Program-made: the position numbers and the translations under genes | In this document: one piece after another, positions 1 to 12,734 of the stretch | How positions within the stretch are numbered: the first letter of the stretch is position 1 | How the letters are laid out: every line of letters begins with the position of its first letter | NCBI GenBank assembly: GCA_951406725.2 | Contig: OX597817.1 | Location: 169,322,001-169,386,000, forward strand | Reading direction: 5' to 3' | DNA from: Octopus vulgaris | Taxonomy: Eukaryota | DNA: 64,000 bases | Notes under the pieces: model-generated | What the model saw: the letters and a program-made list of their open reading frames with translations, nothing else | The model's database searches: none | What the model was told of the DNA's origin: nothing

Positions 1-322
1 GTTATACTAATACATCTGTTTGTTTTGTACACCACCTGTCTTCGTCTTTTGTTTTTTTTCCGTAAACTCTCCCTTTCGAAACGTGGAGTAGATGAAACAA
101 AGGCGACTGAAGAAGGGGAATTTTCCTAGTGTTATTTGTCCTGTACTCTATTTTTTCGTTGTTTAAGAAAAATGTCCATTTCCTTGGTTTTGTGTTTATG
201 TTTTCGTTTCTCATTGTGTTCGACGTTTTTTTGGTGTCCTGTACCCATATATGCATGTATATATACATGTAGAGGTAGGTACGTACATATATGTATGTAT
301 ATATGCATATATTTTATTTATT

Positions 323-330
<8 letters not shown>
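1..330 (+). mobile_element. Two abutting dispersed-repeat remnants, probably Penelope-like pseudo-LTRs
   Basis: 1-73 matches the repeat at 23022-23167, 52016-52190 and 56449-56625. 180-330 matches 44206-44362 in inverted orientation. Ends in (TA)n. Confidence 0.5.
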
Positions 331-377
<47 letters not shown>

Positions 378-501
378 TGTGTGTGTGTATGTATGTGTGT
401 GCGTGCTATTGTGTGTAGATAGATAGATAGATAGAGATTCACGTCTGTATTTACACACACATACACGTTATCATCACCATAATTTTACGTTCGTCTTTCA
501 G

Positions 502-690
502 ACCAGAAATGGTATAAAATCAGGGCTGTGCCCCTTGTTGCAGTCCTTTATCATCGGGCACCACACACAGCAACTAAGAGTATCGTCAGTTACTTCCGTG
601 TTGACACTATTCGACCGATGGAGAGTGGAAACAATGGGTTCAACAATAGATATGCCTCTCCTATGAACATGGGTGATTTTAGTGTTACCG
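502..690 (+). CDS. Probable internal coding exon (63 codons, phase 1-1) of an unidentified upstream gene
   Basis: Complex, non-repetitive island between microsatellites. Acceptor ttcgtctttcAG at 500-501, donor G|GTACAT at 691. Length 189 nt, stop-free: xQKWYKIRAVPLVAVLYHRAPHTATKSIVSYFRVDTIRPMESGNNGFNNRYASPMNMGDFSVT. No family recognised. Confidence 0.5.
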
Positions 691-704
691 GTACATATAC
701 ACGT

Positions 705-707
705 GTA

Positions 708-738
<31 letters not shown>

Positions 739-1660
739 ATGTATGTGTGTATGTGTGTATGTATGTATGTATGTATGTATGATGTATGTATGTATGTATG
801 TATGTATGTGTGTATGTATGTATGTATGTATGATGTATGTATGTATGTGTGTATGTGTGTATGTATGTTTGTATGTATGTATGTATGTATGTATGTATGT
901 TTGTATGTATGTATGTATGTATGTATGTATGTGTGTATGTATGTTTGTATGTATGTATGTATGTATGTATGTATGTATGTATGTATGTGTGTATGTATGT
1001 ATGTATGTATGTATGTATGTATGTATGTTTGTATGTATGTATGTATGTATGTATGTTTGTATGTATGTATGAATGCATGTATGTGTGTATGTATGTATGT
1101 ATGTATGTATGTATGTATGTATGTATGTATGTATGTATGAATGTATGTATGTGTGTATGTATGTGTGTGTGTATGTGTGTATGTATGTGTGTATGTATGT
1201 ATGTATGTATGTATGTATGTATGTATGTGTGTATGCATGTGTGTATGTATGTATGTATGAATGTATGTATGTGTGTATGTATGTATGTGTGTGTGTGTGT
1301 ATGTGTGTATGTATGTGTGTATGTATGTATGTATGTATGTGTGTATGTATGTATGTATGTATGCATGTATGTATGTATGTGTGTGTGTATGTGTGTATGT
1401 ATGTATGTGTGTATGTGTGTATGTATGTGTGTATGTATGTATGTATGTATGTATTATGTATGTATGTATGTATGTATGTATGTATGTATGTATGTGTGTA
1501 TGCATGTATGTATGTATGTATGTATGTATGTATGTATGTGTGTGTGTATGTGTGTATGTATGTGTCTATCTATCCATCCATCCATCCATCCATCCTTCTA
1601 TCTCTCTATCAAGCTAGCCATTTAAGTACCAGCCTGCCTGTCTGCTTATCAATCAGTCAG

Positions 1661-1710
<50 letters not shown>

Positions 1711-1719
1711 TGTCTATCT

Positions 1720-1801
<82 letters not shown>

Positions 1802-1825
1802 CATCCCTCTATCTATCTATCTACC
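705..1825. repeat. Compound tetranucleotide microsatellite (TCTG/TATG/TCCA/TCAA/TCTA)
   Basis: Directly visible tandem repeats. Confidence 0.97.
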
Positions 1826-1841
1826 TTGACTATGATTCTAT

Positions 1842-2245
1842 GAACCGTAAAAATTAATACAGAGAGTTGCTTATTTGCAAAAAAAAAAAGAAATATAACA
1901 TGTGACTTCATTGACCGAGGTTACCGTGGTCTTTTCCGTAGGCTTTTCTTTCCACGGGTAAACCGCACCTGTCTTCCCCTTTACACTTCATATTGACATT
2001 TCTGTGATAACGATCCCTATTGATCAATTTTTTTTCCTTTCCCTTTTTTTTCCTCACCTCCCCCCCTTTTTTAAAAAAATTTTTTATTTTATTCCCCCTT
2101 TTTTTGTCCTCTTTCTTTCCATTTACGATCCCTTTTCATCGAAAACCAAACCCCCTTCTTTTACCCCCAAAAGAAAAGCTCTACCTTGTAATTTTGTCCT
2201 GTCTGTGTGCAGCCCTGTGTGGCTAATAAAGAAACATATCTATCT
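1842..2245 (+). mobile_element. 3' end of a non-LTR retroelement (possibly L1/Tx1 type) inside (TCTA)n
   Basis: 2122-2245 is repeated at 43968-44115. Ends ...gccctgtgtggctAATAAAgaaac and is flanked by TCTA repeats. Clade assignment is inference. Confidence 0.5.
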
Positions 2246-2612
2246 ATCCCTCAATCACTATACATGTACATACACACACACACACACTTCACGCACACAC
2301 AAATAAAGACAAATGGATCTCCACCAGTTTCGACGACGATCATACCCAGTTGTTTGATCATGTGAACAATCTACCCACTGAATTATCGCGTCAGTGGCTG
2401 AATATTGCATTTGTAGTTTTTTTAATTTTTATCCTTAACACAACCCTCGAGCAGAATCAACGTGACACGATGTATGTATGACAAGCGTGACCCACTGAAT
2501 CGCAGGAAAAGTCCATCCGATAGGCAATCAGTTTCATCTGTCTAGCTTAGCCGCAAAGCTTGTGGGGGAGCTAGAAGCCACGGTAAAGATACTTGCCCAA
2601 GATCACACACAC

Positions 2613-3039
2613 ACTCTTACTCTTTACTCTTTTACTCTTTTATTAGTTTCAGTCATTTGACTGCGGCCATGCTGGAGCACCGCCTTTAATCGAGCAACTC
2701 GACCCCGGAGCTTATTCTTTTGTAAGCCCAGTACTTATTCTATCGGTCTCTTCTGCCGAACCGCTAAGTAACGGGGATATAAACACACCAGCATCGGTTG
2801 TCAAGCAATGCTAGGGGGACAAACACAGACACACAAACACACACACGCATACATATATATATATATACATATATATATACGACAGGCTTCTTTCAGTTTC
2901 CGTCTACCAAATCCACTCACAAGGCATTGGTCGGCCCGAGGCTATAGTAGAAGACACTTGCCCAAGATGCCACGCAGTGGGACTGAACTCGGAACCATGT
3001 GGTTGGTAAACAAGCTACTTACCACACAGCCACTCCTGC
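2613..3039 (-). mobile_element. SINE family A (tRNA-derived head), full length
   Basis: Minus strand has A-box TGGCTGTGTGG, B-box-like GAGTTCAGTCC, CORE-like cttgggcaagtgtctt and a (GTAAAAGA)n tail. More than 10 copies in the window. Confidence 0.9.
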
Positions 3040-3269
3040 ACGTATAATGAGAGTGAAAGGGAGAAAGTGATATGAAGAAAATGAATGAGGATGTGTTTGT
3101 TTGTATAAGTACGTGTGTGGATGTGGGTATGTGTGGGTATACACATGTCTTATATGCATGTCTTATATGCATACACCTTATAAAGACACAAGTGTGTATA
3201 TGTGTGTGTGTGTATATATACATACATACATACATATATATATATATGCACACCCATATACATATATAT

Positions 3270-3497
3270 ATTTCTTTACTACCCACAAGGGGCTAAACGC
3301 AGAGGGGACAAACGAGGACAGACAAATGGATTAAGTCGATTTTATCGACCCCAGTGCGTTACTGGTACTTAATTTATCGACCCCGAAAGGATGAAAGGCA
3401 AAGTCGACCACGGCGGAATTTGAACCCAGAACGTAACGGCAGACGAAATACGGCTACGCATTTCGCCCGGCGTGCTAACGTTTCTGCCAGCTCGCCT
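3270..3497 (-). mobile_element. SINE family B, full length
   Basis: Head ggcgagctggcagaaacgttagcacgccgg, B-box-like ggttcaaattcc, central gactttgcctttcatcctttcggggtcgataa. Many copies in the window. Confidence 0.9.
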
Positions 3498-3850
3498 TAT
3501 ATATATATGTGCGTGTATGTAAGCATGAATGTGTGTATGTATGTGTATGTAATCTCCCTCACGCATATACTATGAACTGCACACGCAAACACACACATGT
3601 ATGTGTGTGTCTACGTATGCACTAAGTATATCGACGAATATTTGTTTATCTGTGTGATTCTGCGTATAGACACATACACATATAGATTTGTATATATAAA
3701 TAGATATGTGTATATATATATATGCATGTATATGTATGTATACACATATAGATACATATATATACACACTCACACACACACATATATATATGTATGTATA
3801 TATGTTTGTGTTTGTGTGTCTGTGTAGTCTATCCTCATTCACTATCAGCA

Positions 3851-4265
3851 TCACCACCACAACCACCACCATCACCACCACCACCACCACCACCACCATC
3901 ACAACCCCCCCCACAACCACCACCACCACCGCCACCACCACAACCAGCACCACAACCACCACCACCACCACAACCACAACCACCACCACCACCAGTACCA
4001 TCACCACCACCACCAGCACCAGCACCACCACCACCACATCACCACCACCAGCACTACCACCACCACCACATCACCACCACCACCACCACAACCAGCACCA
4101 CCACAACCACCACCGCCACCACCACATCACCACCACCACCACCACCACCACCACCACCACCACCACCACCAAAACCACCACCACCACAACCACCACCACC
4201 ACCACAACCACCACCACACCACCACCACCACCACCACCACCACCACCACCACCACCACCATCACC
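3851..4265. repeat. (CAC)n trinucleotide array
   Basis: Directly visible. Confidence 0.95.
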
Positions 4266-5505
4266 GACTTGACAATGTTTCAATGACTAATAATTCCCGT
4301 CCATGAAATCAGTGTGGGTGGCGATGGGGGATACGGGGGGAGGGGTTTTGGTGAGGGTCAATACCAGTTATTATTTATCCTCTTCTCCCCCCCCCCGTTC
4401 CTCCAACCCTTTGTATTCCACGGGGACTGTTTTTCCGAATCTATTATTATTATTATTGCAAGTAGAACAACAACAACAACGACGACGACAACAACAACAA
4501 CAACAACAGTGATCGATAGTGGTGATGTCGGTGCCGGATGTGGCGGGGTGCCATATAGGAGGGGTCAGTCGATTTTTAACCCCTATCCCTCATCCTTCCT
4601 ACTTAAAAACAATAATAATAAATACGCAAGATTTTTTGTCCTGACGCAATTGTTACATCGCTTACGGCAAGGGCTGCAACTACAACTGGAGCCATCACCA
4701 CAACCAACACCCACTACTACCGCCACCGCCACCACTAGCAACAACAACAACAACTACACCACAACTACACTTCACCACAATCATATATCATCGCCATCAT
4801 CATCATTACGAACATCACTACCATGACCACCAACACCGACAGCACCGACACCATCACCAGCGCCGCCGCCACTATCGTCTCTCCGTTCGTCCGTCCCTAA
4901 AACTACCACTAAACTACCTCCCCAACCATGCGCCGATACCAGCCACATCATCTATACACGGTGGTCGCTAGCACGACTGTAACAACCACTACCGCTACTA
5001 CCGCCTTGACAACTACTGCCACTATTAACTGTAGATAGTACAGCTACTACAGCCGCTGCTAATACAACCACTACTAAGTGTTGCACTGCATGTAGATGTG
5101 AAGAAGCTGTGCTCGCTGCTGGTGCGTTTTCAGTTTTGTCTTCCTCTCTATCTTACACACTTCCAAGTGTGTCTTCCTATTATCTCTTTCTCTCCTTCTC
5201 TCTCTCCTTCTCTCTATCACTTCTCCTCCTCTATCTCTATATATCTACTTCTCTTTCCTCTCTCTATACCACAATAATATAATATATATACATATCTATA
5301 CATATATCTATATATCTATACATATTATTTCTTTCTTTCTTTCTCTCTTCCTATCATTCTCAGTCTGATATTCTTCCTTACTCTTCAATCATTCCCTTCG
5401 ACATCTCTGTGATTCCCCTGGATTATGCACTAAATCTCAGGAAGATTTACCAAGAAGAAGAAATATTTTTTCCTTAAGAATCAGCTTCCTAAGAAACCTG
5501 TCCAA

Positions 5506-5968
5506 ATGGAAATGACAAAGATGGGATCCTCGATGGGTGAGGGTACGGAAAGACCGCACAAACTTTACGAAAACTCGGACGAATACGAAGAAAAGACATT
5601 GTATGGATTAAAACTGGATGCTTTGACATCAAAAATTAAAACACCTCAATTTATTTACATCTTAACTTTCTTTTCGGGCCTCGGAGGATTCCTTTTCGGT
5701 TACGATACCGGGGTTATATCTGGCGCCATGATCCTGCTACGGAATACTTTTCTACTGTCGTCTGTATGGCAAGAATTGATTGTCAGTGTGACCATTGCTG
5801 GGGCTGCCGTGTTCGCTATTGTCGGAGGTCTCCTGAACGACCGCATCGGACGGCGCCCCACCATCATGATTGCTAGTGTTGTCTTCACCACCGGAGCTAT
5901 ATGTATGGGCATGGCCCCAGACAAATATGTTCTGTTGTGTGGTCGGATTATCGTCGGTGCCGGAATAG
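5506..5968 (+). CDS. SLC2A13: First coding exon of a proton myo-inositol cotransporter (HMIT/GLUT13-like, MFS sugar porter family)
   Basis: Translation has sugar-porter motifs GLGGFLFGYDTGVISGAM, WQELIVS, LNDRIGRRP and GRIIVGAGIG, typical of HMIT TM1-TM4. In-frame upstream stop TAA at 5431. Strong donor AG|GTAAGT at 5969 (phase 1). Alternative in-frame ATGs at 5512, 5521 and 5533. Confidence 0.9.
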
Positions 5969-6124
5969 GTAAGTACTCGAGGTGGGGGTCTGCTGATGTG
6001 TGGTGAGGCTTTTTTGTGATTTTAACCGGAGACGGAGGTGAGTTTTATGAGTCCTTCTCGCAGACCTGTTATTATGAGAATGAGCATGATACAAATTATG
6101 ACTAAAAAAAAAATAAATATATCA

Positions 6125-6157
<33 letters not shown>

Positions 6158-6415
6158 GTGATGATGATAATAATAATAATAATAATGATAGTAATGATAA
6201 TAATAATAACGATGACGATAAATCAATTGTTAGTTTATGTAAAAGGGAAAGCGAAAGTGTGTGATTGGTAAAAAAGATAGAAAATGGGAAAAGAAGACAA
6301 CGTGCGAGTGACGAGGAAAAGTGAAAGAATATAGACAAAAAACACGGAAGTAGGGAGAAAGAGAGAGAGTGAATGATAGAGCGATAGTTAGAGACAGCGA
6401 GAGAGAGATGAAGAG

Positions 6416-6473
<58 letters not shown>

Positions 6474-6629
6474 TATTTAGAGCTCTCATCATTCGCCTCA
6501 CCACAAAGTGATCATATAATTTACGACAAAAGCAAAGTGCCCGAATAAATTACAGGTACAGATGCTAATTACCTTGATACACCGTAAGGTTATATATACA
6601 ATACGCACACATATACATACATGATATAT

Positions 6630-7226
<597 letters not shown>

Positions 7227-7465
7227 ACGCACACATGTTTCCAGAGCAGTTGCGGAAGAGAGCGATGAATCTCACAGACGTATATTCAAATGCTTTTCTT
7301 TTTTCTTTGTTTTTTTTTTTGTAAATGTTCGAACGATGTCAAAAGTATCTGAGGAATTGATGATCAAAGAAGAGTTTATGATGATCACGATCGCTGTGGA
7401 TGGTAATAAGGCAGGAATGGTCAGTCACACGGCTCGGGATCGAAACTGCAGCCAACCAGCGAGAA

Positions 7466-7564
7466 ACGACGACGACGACGACGACGATAACGTTGATCAT
7501 GATGAGGACTAGGATGAGGATGATAATAATGAGGATGTGGATGATGATGAGAATGGTGGTGATG

Positions 7565-7596
<32 letters not shown>

Positions 7597-7711
7597 GTTG
7601 ATGATGAAGATGATGATGATGATGAAGATGTTGATGATGATGAGAATGGTGATGGTGATGATGATGATGATGGTGATGATGGTGATGATGAGAATGGTGA
7701 GAGTGATGATG

Positions 7712-7742
<31 letters not shown>

Positions 7743-7876
7743 AGATGTTGATGATGATGATGATGATGTGAATGGTGGTGATGATGATGATGATGAAGAT
7801 GTTGATGCTGATGATGAGAATTGTGATGATGATGATGGTGATGATGGTGATGATGAGAATGGTGAGAGTGATGATG

Positions 7877-7907
<31 letters not shown>

Positions 7908-8134
7908 AGATGTTGATGATGATGAAGATGTTGATGATGATGATGATGATGTGAATGGTGGTGATGATGATGATGATGAAGATGTTGATGCTGATGATGA
8001 GAATTGTGATGATGATGATGGTGATGATGGTGATGATGATGATGATGATGGTGATGAGGATGATGATGATGGTGATGAGGATGAGGATGATGATGATGAT
8101 GATGGTGATGAGGATGATGGTGATGAGGATGAGG

Positions 8135-8166
<32 letters not shown>

Positions 8167-8168
8167 GG

Positions 8169-8199
<31 letters not shown>

Positions 8200-8322
8200 G
8201 ATGGTGATGGTGATGATGATGATGATGGTGATGGTGATGGTGATGGTGATGGTGATGATGATGATGACGGTGATGATGGTGATGATGATGATGATTACGA
8301 CGACGACGACGATGATGACGAT
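7466..8322. repeat. (GAT)n array with a higher-order ~183-bp internal duplication
   Basis: The block gtgaatggtggt...gatgctgatgatgagaattgt recurs at 7768 and 7951. Confidence 0.95.
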
Positions 8323-8373
8323 AGAAAAATATAACGGATCGAGTGAATGTTATTAACGGCTACATCAACCTCG

Positions 8374-8409
<36 letters not shown>

Positions 8410-8411
8410 AC

Positions 8412-8445
<34 letters not shown>

Positions 8446-8602
8446 ATTCGTGGGTGTACGTGCGAGTATTTTTTGTTTGTTTCCTGCCCAGTTTGCATAC
8501 CGTTCCGCCACCCACTCGTGCACGTGCCGAAGCACGCGTGCACCCCGCTGTGAATTGTTAGACATACATACATGCAAAGGACATATATATATATATATAC
8601 AC

Positions 8603-8828
8603 GCGAGCTGGCAGAACCGTTTGCACGCCGGGCGAAATACGTAACCGTATTTCGTCTGCCGTTACGTTCTGAGTTCAAATTCCGCCGAGGTCGACTTTGC
8701 CTTTCATCCTTTCGGGGTCGATAAATTAAGTACCAGTTACGCACTGGGGTCCATGTAATCGACTTAATCCGTTTGTCTGTCCTTGTTTATGCCCTCTGTG
8801 TTTAGCCCCTTGTGGGTAGTAAAGAAAT
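8603..8828 (+). mobile_element. SINE family B, full length
   Basis: Same consensus as 3270-3497. Confidence 0.9.
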
Positions 8829-9026
8829 ATATATATATATACACGCTCCTGTTGGTGTTGTCTAATTGGTTGGGTGCCGTTGCCAAGCGGAAAAAGGAAC
8901 GAGGGTTTCGTGTGATTACGAGTTAGGGATGTTACAAACGAAAATGGAAATCAAAGCCGCCAGGTCGGATGTCACGGAGGTGTGGACTATATATATGTAT
9001 ATATATATATACACATACATATGTAT

Positions 9027-9126
<100 letters not shown>

Positions 9127-9235
9127 TGTATGTATATGTATGATGAGTACAGAAACGAGCATCGTGGGCCTGGAACTGAAGCAAGAACAACAGCAACCTG
9201 CTTCTTCTTTCTGTTGTTGTTGTTGTGTTTCTTTG

Positions 9236-10036
9236 GATCATCATCATTATCATCAACATCATCATTTTGTTGTCATCGTCGTCGTCATCATTATCGTTAC
9301 TATTGTCATCACTACGACGAAGACCATCACCACCACCACCACCGTCATCACCCCATCACCCATTTTTTCCTCCTCCTCTTCATCATGATCACCATCATCA
9401 TCATCATCATCACATTTATCATCATCACCACCATCATCATCACCATCACCATCCATCATCATCATCTCACCATCATCATCACCATCATAATCACATTTTT
9501 ATCATCATCATCACATTCATCAACACCATCATCGTCATCATGACATTCATCACCATCGTCATCATCGTCGTCTTCTTCATCCTTGTCATCACCACTGTTT
9601 TTCCTCCTCCTCATCATCCTCATCTTCATCACTACCACCACCACCACCACCACCACCACCACCCTCATCACCATCATCCTGGTATTTTCTTCCACTAGAA
9701 CTCCCACTTGTCCGCTGCCGCCTCTGTGACACTGCATGTAGTTGAACCATTAATTCGATGAGCAAGTGGCACCGAAGTTCCGCAGAGTTGTGGTGGTGGT
9801 GCTGGGAGGAGGGCAGAGCCTGCTTAGCACGTGAGGTTCAGGGCAGCTGAATGGTGGTGGCGGCGGTGGTGGTGGTGGTGATGGTAGCCGATGATGGCGA
9901 TCTTTCCTTCTCAGCTCTTACAAAACGAGAAACCCTTGATGATGACGATGATGATGATGACGATGATGACGGTGATGATGACAGTGATGATGATGATGAT
10001 GATAATAACGATGATAGTGGTGATATGATGATGATG

Positions 10037-10068
<32 letters not shown>

Positions 10069-10206
10069 GATGAGAGTGCTGAAAGAGATAAAACTACGAC
10101 GAAATGCGTAAGATGATGATGCTGATGATGACGATGATGATGACAATGATGATAATGATGATGATAATCATCATCATCATCATCATCATCATTGTCATTA
10201 TCATCG

Positions 10207-10284
<78 letters not shown>

Positions 10285-10301
10285 CCACCACCACCACCAC
10301 T

Positions 10302-10360
<59 letters not shown>

Positions 10361-10520
10361 TGTCATTATCATCGTCGTCCGTACCCCTTTATTTTTATAA
10401 ATATGACCCCCCACCCTCTTCATTTACAATCATTATTATCACGATAAAAGTGCTGATGATTCTGGTGTCATATTGATGATTTTGGGGGAAATGGTGAATG
10501 ATGATGATGATGATGATGAT
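9236..10520. repeat. Alternating (CAT)n/(GAT)n/(CAC)n low-complexity region
   Basis: Directly visible. Confidence 0.9.
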
Positions 10521-10564
10521 ACAGTATGTATGCATGTATGTATGTGCGTATGTATGTATGTATT

Positions 10565-11320
10565 AGTGTTCAGATCCCGCCGAGGTCAACTTCGCCTTTC
10601 ATCCTTTTGGGGGTCGATAAAATTAAATACTTAGTCAAGAACTGGGAGAAATGCAATCCATTAACCCATTCCCTCTAAAAATTACTGGCCGTGTGCTAAA
10701 ATTAGAAACGGTTGATATTATTGCCAAGGTGGACTTTGCCTTTCATCCTTTCGTGCTCAATAAATTAAGTATCAGTAAAATACTGGGGTCGATGTAATCG
10801 ACTACCCAACTTCCCCAAATTTCAGGCCTTGTGCCTATAATAGAAAGCATTCTTCTTCTTCTTATCATTATTATTATTATTATTACTATTATTATTTGCT
10901 TAGCGGTATTTCGTCTGCCGTTACGTTCTGAGTTCAAATTCCGCCGAGGTCGACTTTGCCTTTCATCCTTCCGGGGTCGATTAAATAAGTACCAGTTACG
11001 CCCTGGGGTAGATGTAATCGACTTAATCCGTTCGCCTGTCCTCGTTTGTCCCCTCTGTGTTTAGTCCCTTGTGGGTAATAAAGACATATTATTATTATTA
11101 TTATTATTATTAAAGCGGCAAGCTGGCAGAATCGTTGGCACGCTGTGTTTTGAGTTTTGAGGTGAAATTCCGCCGGAGTCGACTTTGCCTTTCATCCTTT
11201 CGAGGTCGATAAAATAAGTACCAGTTGGATACTGGGGTCGATGTAAATCGACTTACCCCCCCCACCCCCAAAGTTTCAGCCCTTGTGCCTATAGTGCAAA
11301 GGATTCTTCTTCTTCTTCTT

Positions 11321-11399
<79 letters not shown>

Positions 11400-11875
11400 G
11401 AGTTGTAATATCGTTTGACAGAATCGTTTACGCGTATGGCAAAATGCTTAGTGATATTTCCTCCGACTCATTACGTTCTGAGTTCAAACCTCACCGAGAT
11501 CGACTCAGCCGTTCATCATTTCGGGATCGATAAACTAAAGAACCAGTCAAGTAATGAGATCAATCTAATTGACCTGCCTCTCCCCTCAAAATTGCCGGCT
11601 TTGTGCCAAAATTCGAAACCATTACTATTATTATTATTGTTGTTGTTGTTGTTAACGCGGCGTGTTGGCAGCACCGTTAGCACGCCGGGCAAAATGCTTA
11701 GCGGCATTTCGTCTCTGCACGTTCTGTGTTCGAATTCCGCCCAGGTCGACTTTGCCTTTCCTCCTTTGTGGTGGGGGGAGTCGATAAAATAAGTACCAGT
11801 TGAGTACTGGGGATTCGATATAATCGACCAGCCCCCCACTCCAAAATTTCAGGCCTTGTGCCTATAATAGAAAGA

Positions 11876-11934
<59 letters not shown>

Positions 11935-12085
11935 CATTATTATTAAAGGCAACGTTGGATTCTGCCGAGGTCAAATATTCCTTTCGTCCCTCCAAGGTCC
12001 ACAAGATAATATACCAGTTAAGTAACTGGTGTCGAAGTTATTGACCTAACCCCATCTCCATAAAATTACAGATCTTGTGCCTAAA
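10565..12085 (+). mobile_element. Head-to-tail cluster of about 7 SINE-B-related copies separated by (ATT)n/(CTT)n
   Basis: Central motif gactttgcctttcatcc recurs near 10587, 10732, 10952, 11181, 11502, 11748 and 11970, all in the same orientation. Confidence 0.85.
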
Positions 12086-12339
12086 ACATCATCATTATCA
12101 TTCTTCTTCTTCTTCTTCTTGTATTGTTGATGTCGTTGTTGCTTAACCAAGGATCTCCAGTGACACAACAAGAGCTTATAGTTTCGCGCCAATGAACTCG
12201 CCAACCTCTTGCTCCCTTGATATACTGTAGCTCTCTGGTTAATATGAAATATAAATATTTTGCTTTAAGCATTGAGATCTTACATGCATGTTATGTATAA
12301 TGCATACATACAAACCTGAATATATATATATGTATATAT

Positions 12340-12690
12340 ATTTAAGTAGTTGAATGAATTATCCTAGTATGGATAATTCGGTTAACCGGTAACCGGGTAG
12401 CAAATTTACGTCAGAAAGCACGGTTGAAGCTACATGCCAAGGGCAGAAATCACGTGCTTTCGTGTGGAAATTTGTGTGTTTTTTTACTATAGATAAATGA
12501 AAGAACGGAGTCGAACGATGATTTAACAAAATTCCTTTATTCTCGACACATGTTTCGAAGACTGCATATTCTTAATTCCGAAGGAATAAAGGGTGCATTA
12601 TGCCGTCTTCTCATCAGGAAAGACAAGGAGCTTATGTCAGCATCATGACGAACAAAAACTTTTAGATGACTGCCCACACGGACTCCATAT
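12340..12690 (-). mobile_element. Penelope-like element pseudo-LTR remnant
   Basis: Carries a hammerhead motif immediately followed by AATAAA. Flanked by (TA)n. 12340-12450 is repeated inverted at 16800-16925. Confidence 0.65.
12541..12621 (-). ncRNA. Type I hammerhead ribozyme with canonical core
   Basis: Minus strand: UUUC-CUGAUGA-GAAGAC.GCAUA...UAUGC.GUCUUC-GAAA-C-AUGU-GUC|GAGA. Helix II 6+5 bp, helix I 4 bp, minimal helix III. Confidence 0.75.
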
Positions 12691-12698
12691 AATATATA

Positions 12699-12734
<36 letters not shown>

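Noticed and set aside
498-1843. Long HTYI/MYVC ORFs (also at 13.9-15.5 kb, 26.2-28.0 kb and 34.0-34.8 kb)
   Set aside because: Translations of stop-free (TATG)n/(CATA)n microsatellites.
2808-3047. Recurrent ORFs such as SFRLPNPLTR...RRHLPKMPRSGTEPGTMWLV and IYRPRKDERQSRPRRNLN
   Set aside because: Chance translations of SINE A and SINE B consensus sequences.
5969-6006. ORF extension KYSRWGSADVW*
   Set aside because: Read-through past the GTAAGT donor into the intron.
7537-8334. 265-aa Asp-rich ORF resembling acidic biomineralisation proteins
   Set aside because: Pure (GAT)n array with no signal peptide or complex domain; similar arrays occur nearby on both strands.
10565-12085. Repeat-spacer appearance reminiscent of a CRISPR array
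   Set aside because: Eukaryotic context, irregular spacing, and the units are SINE fragments; no cas genes.
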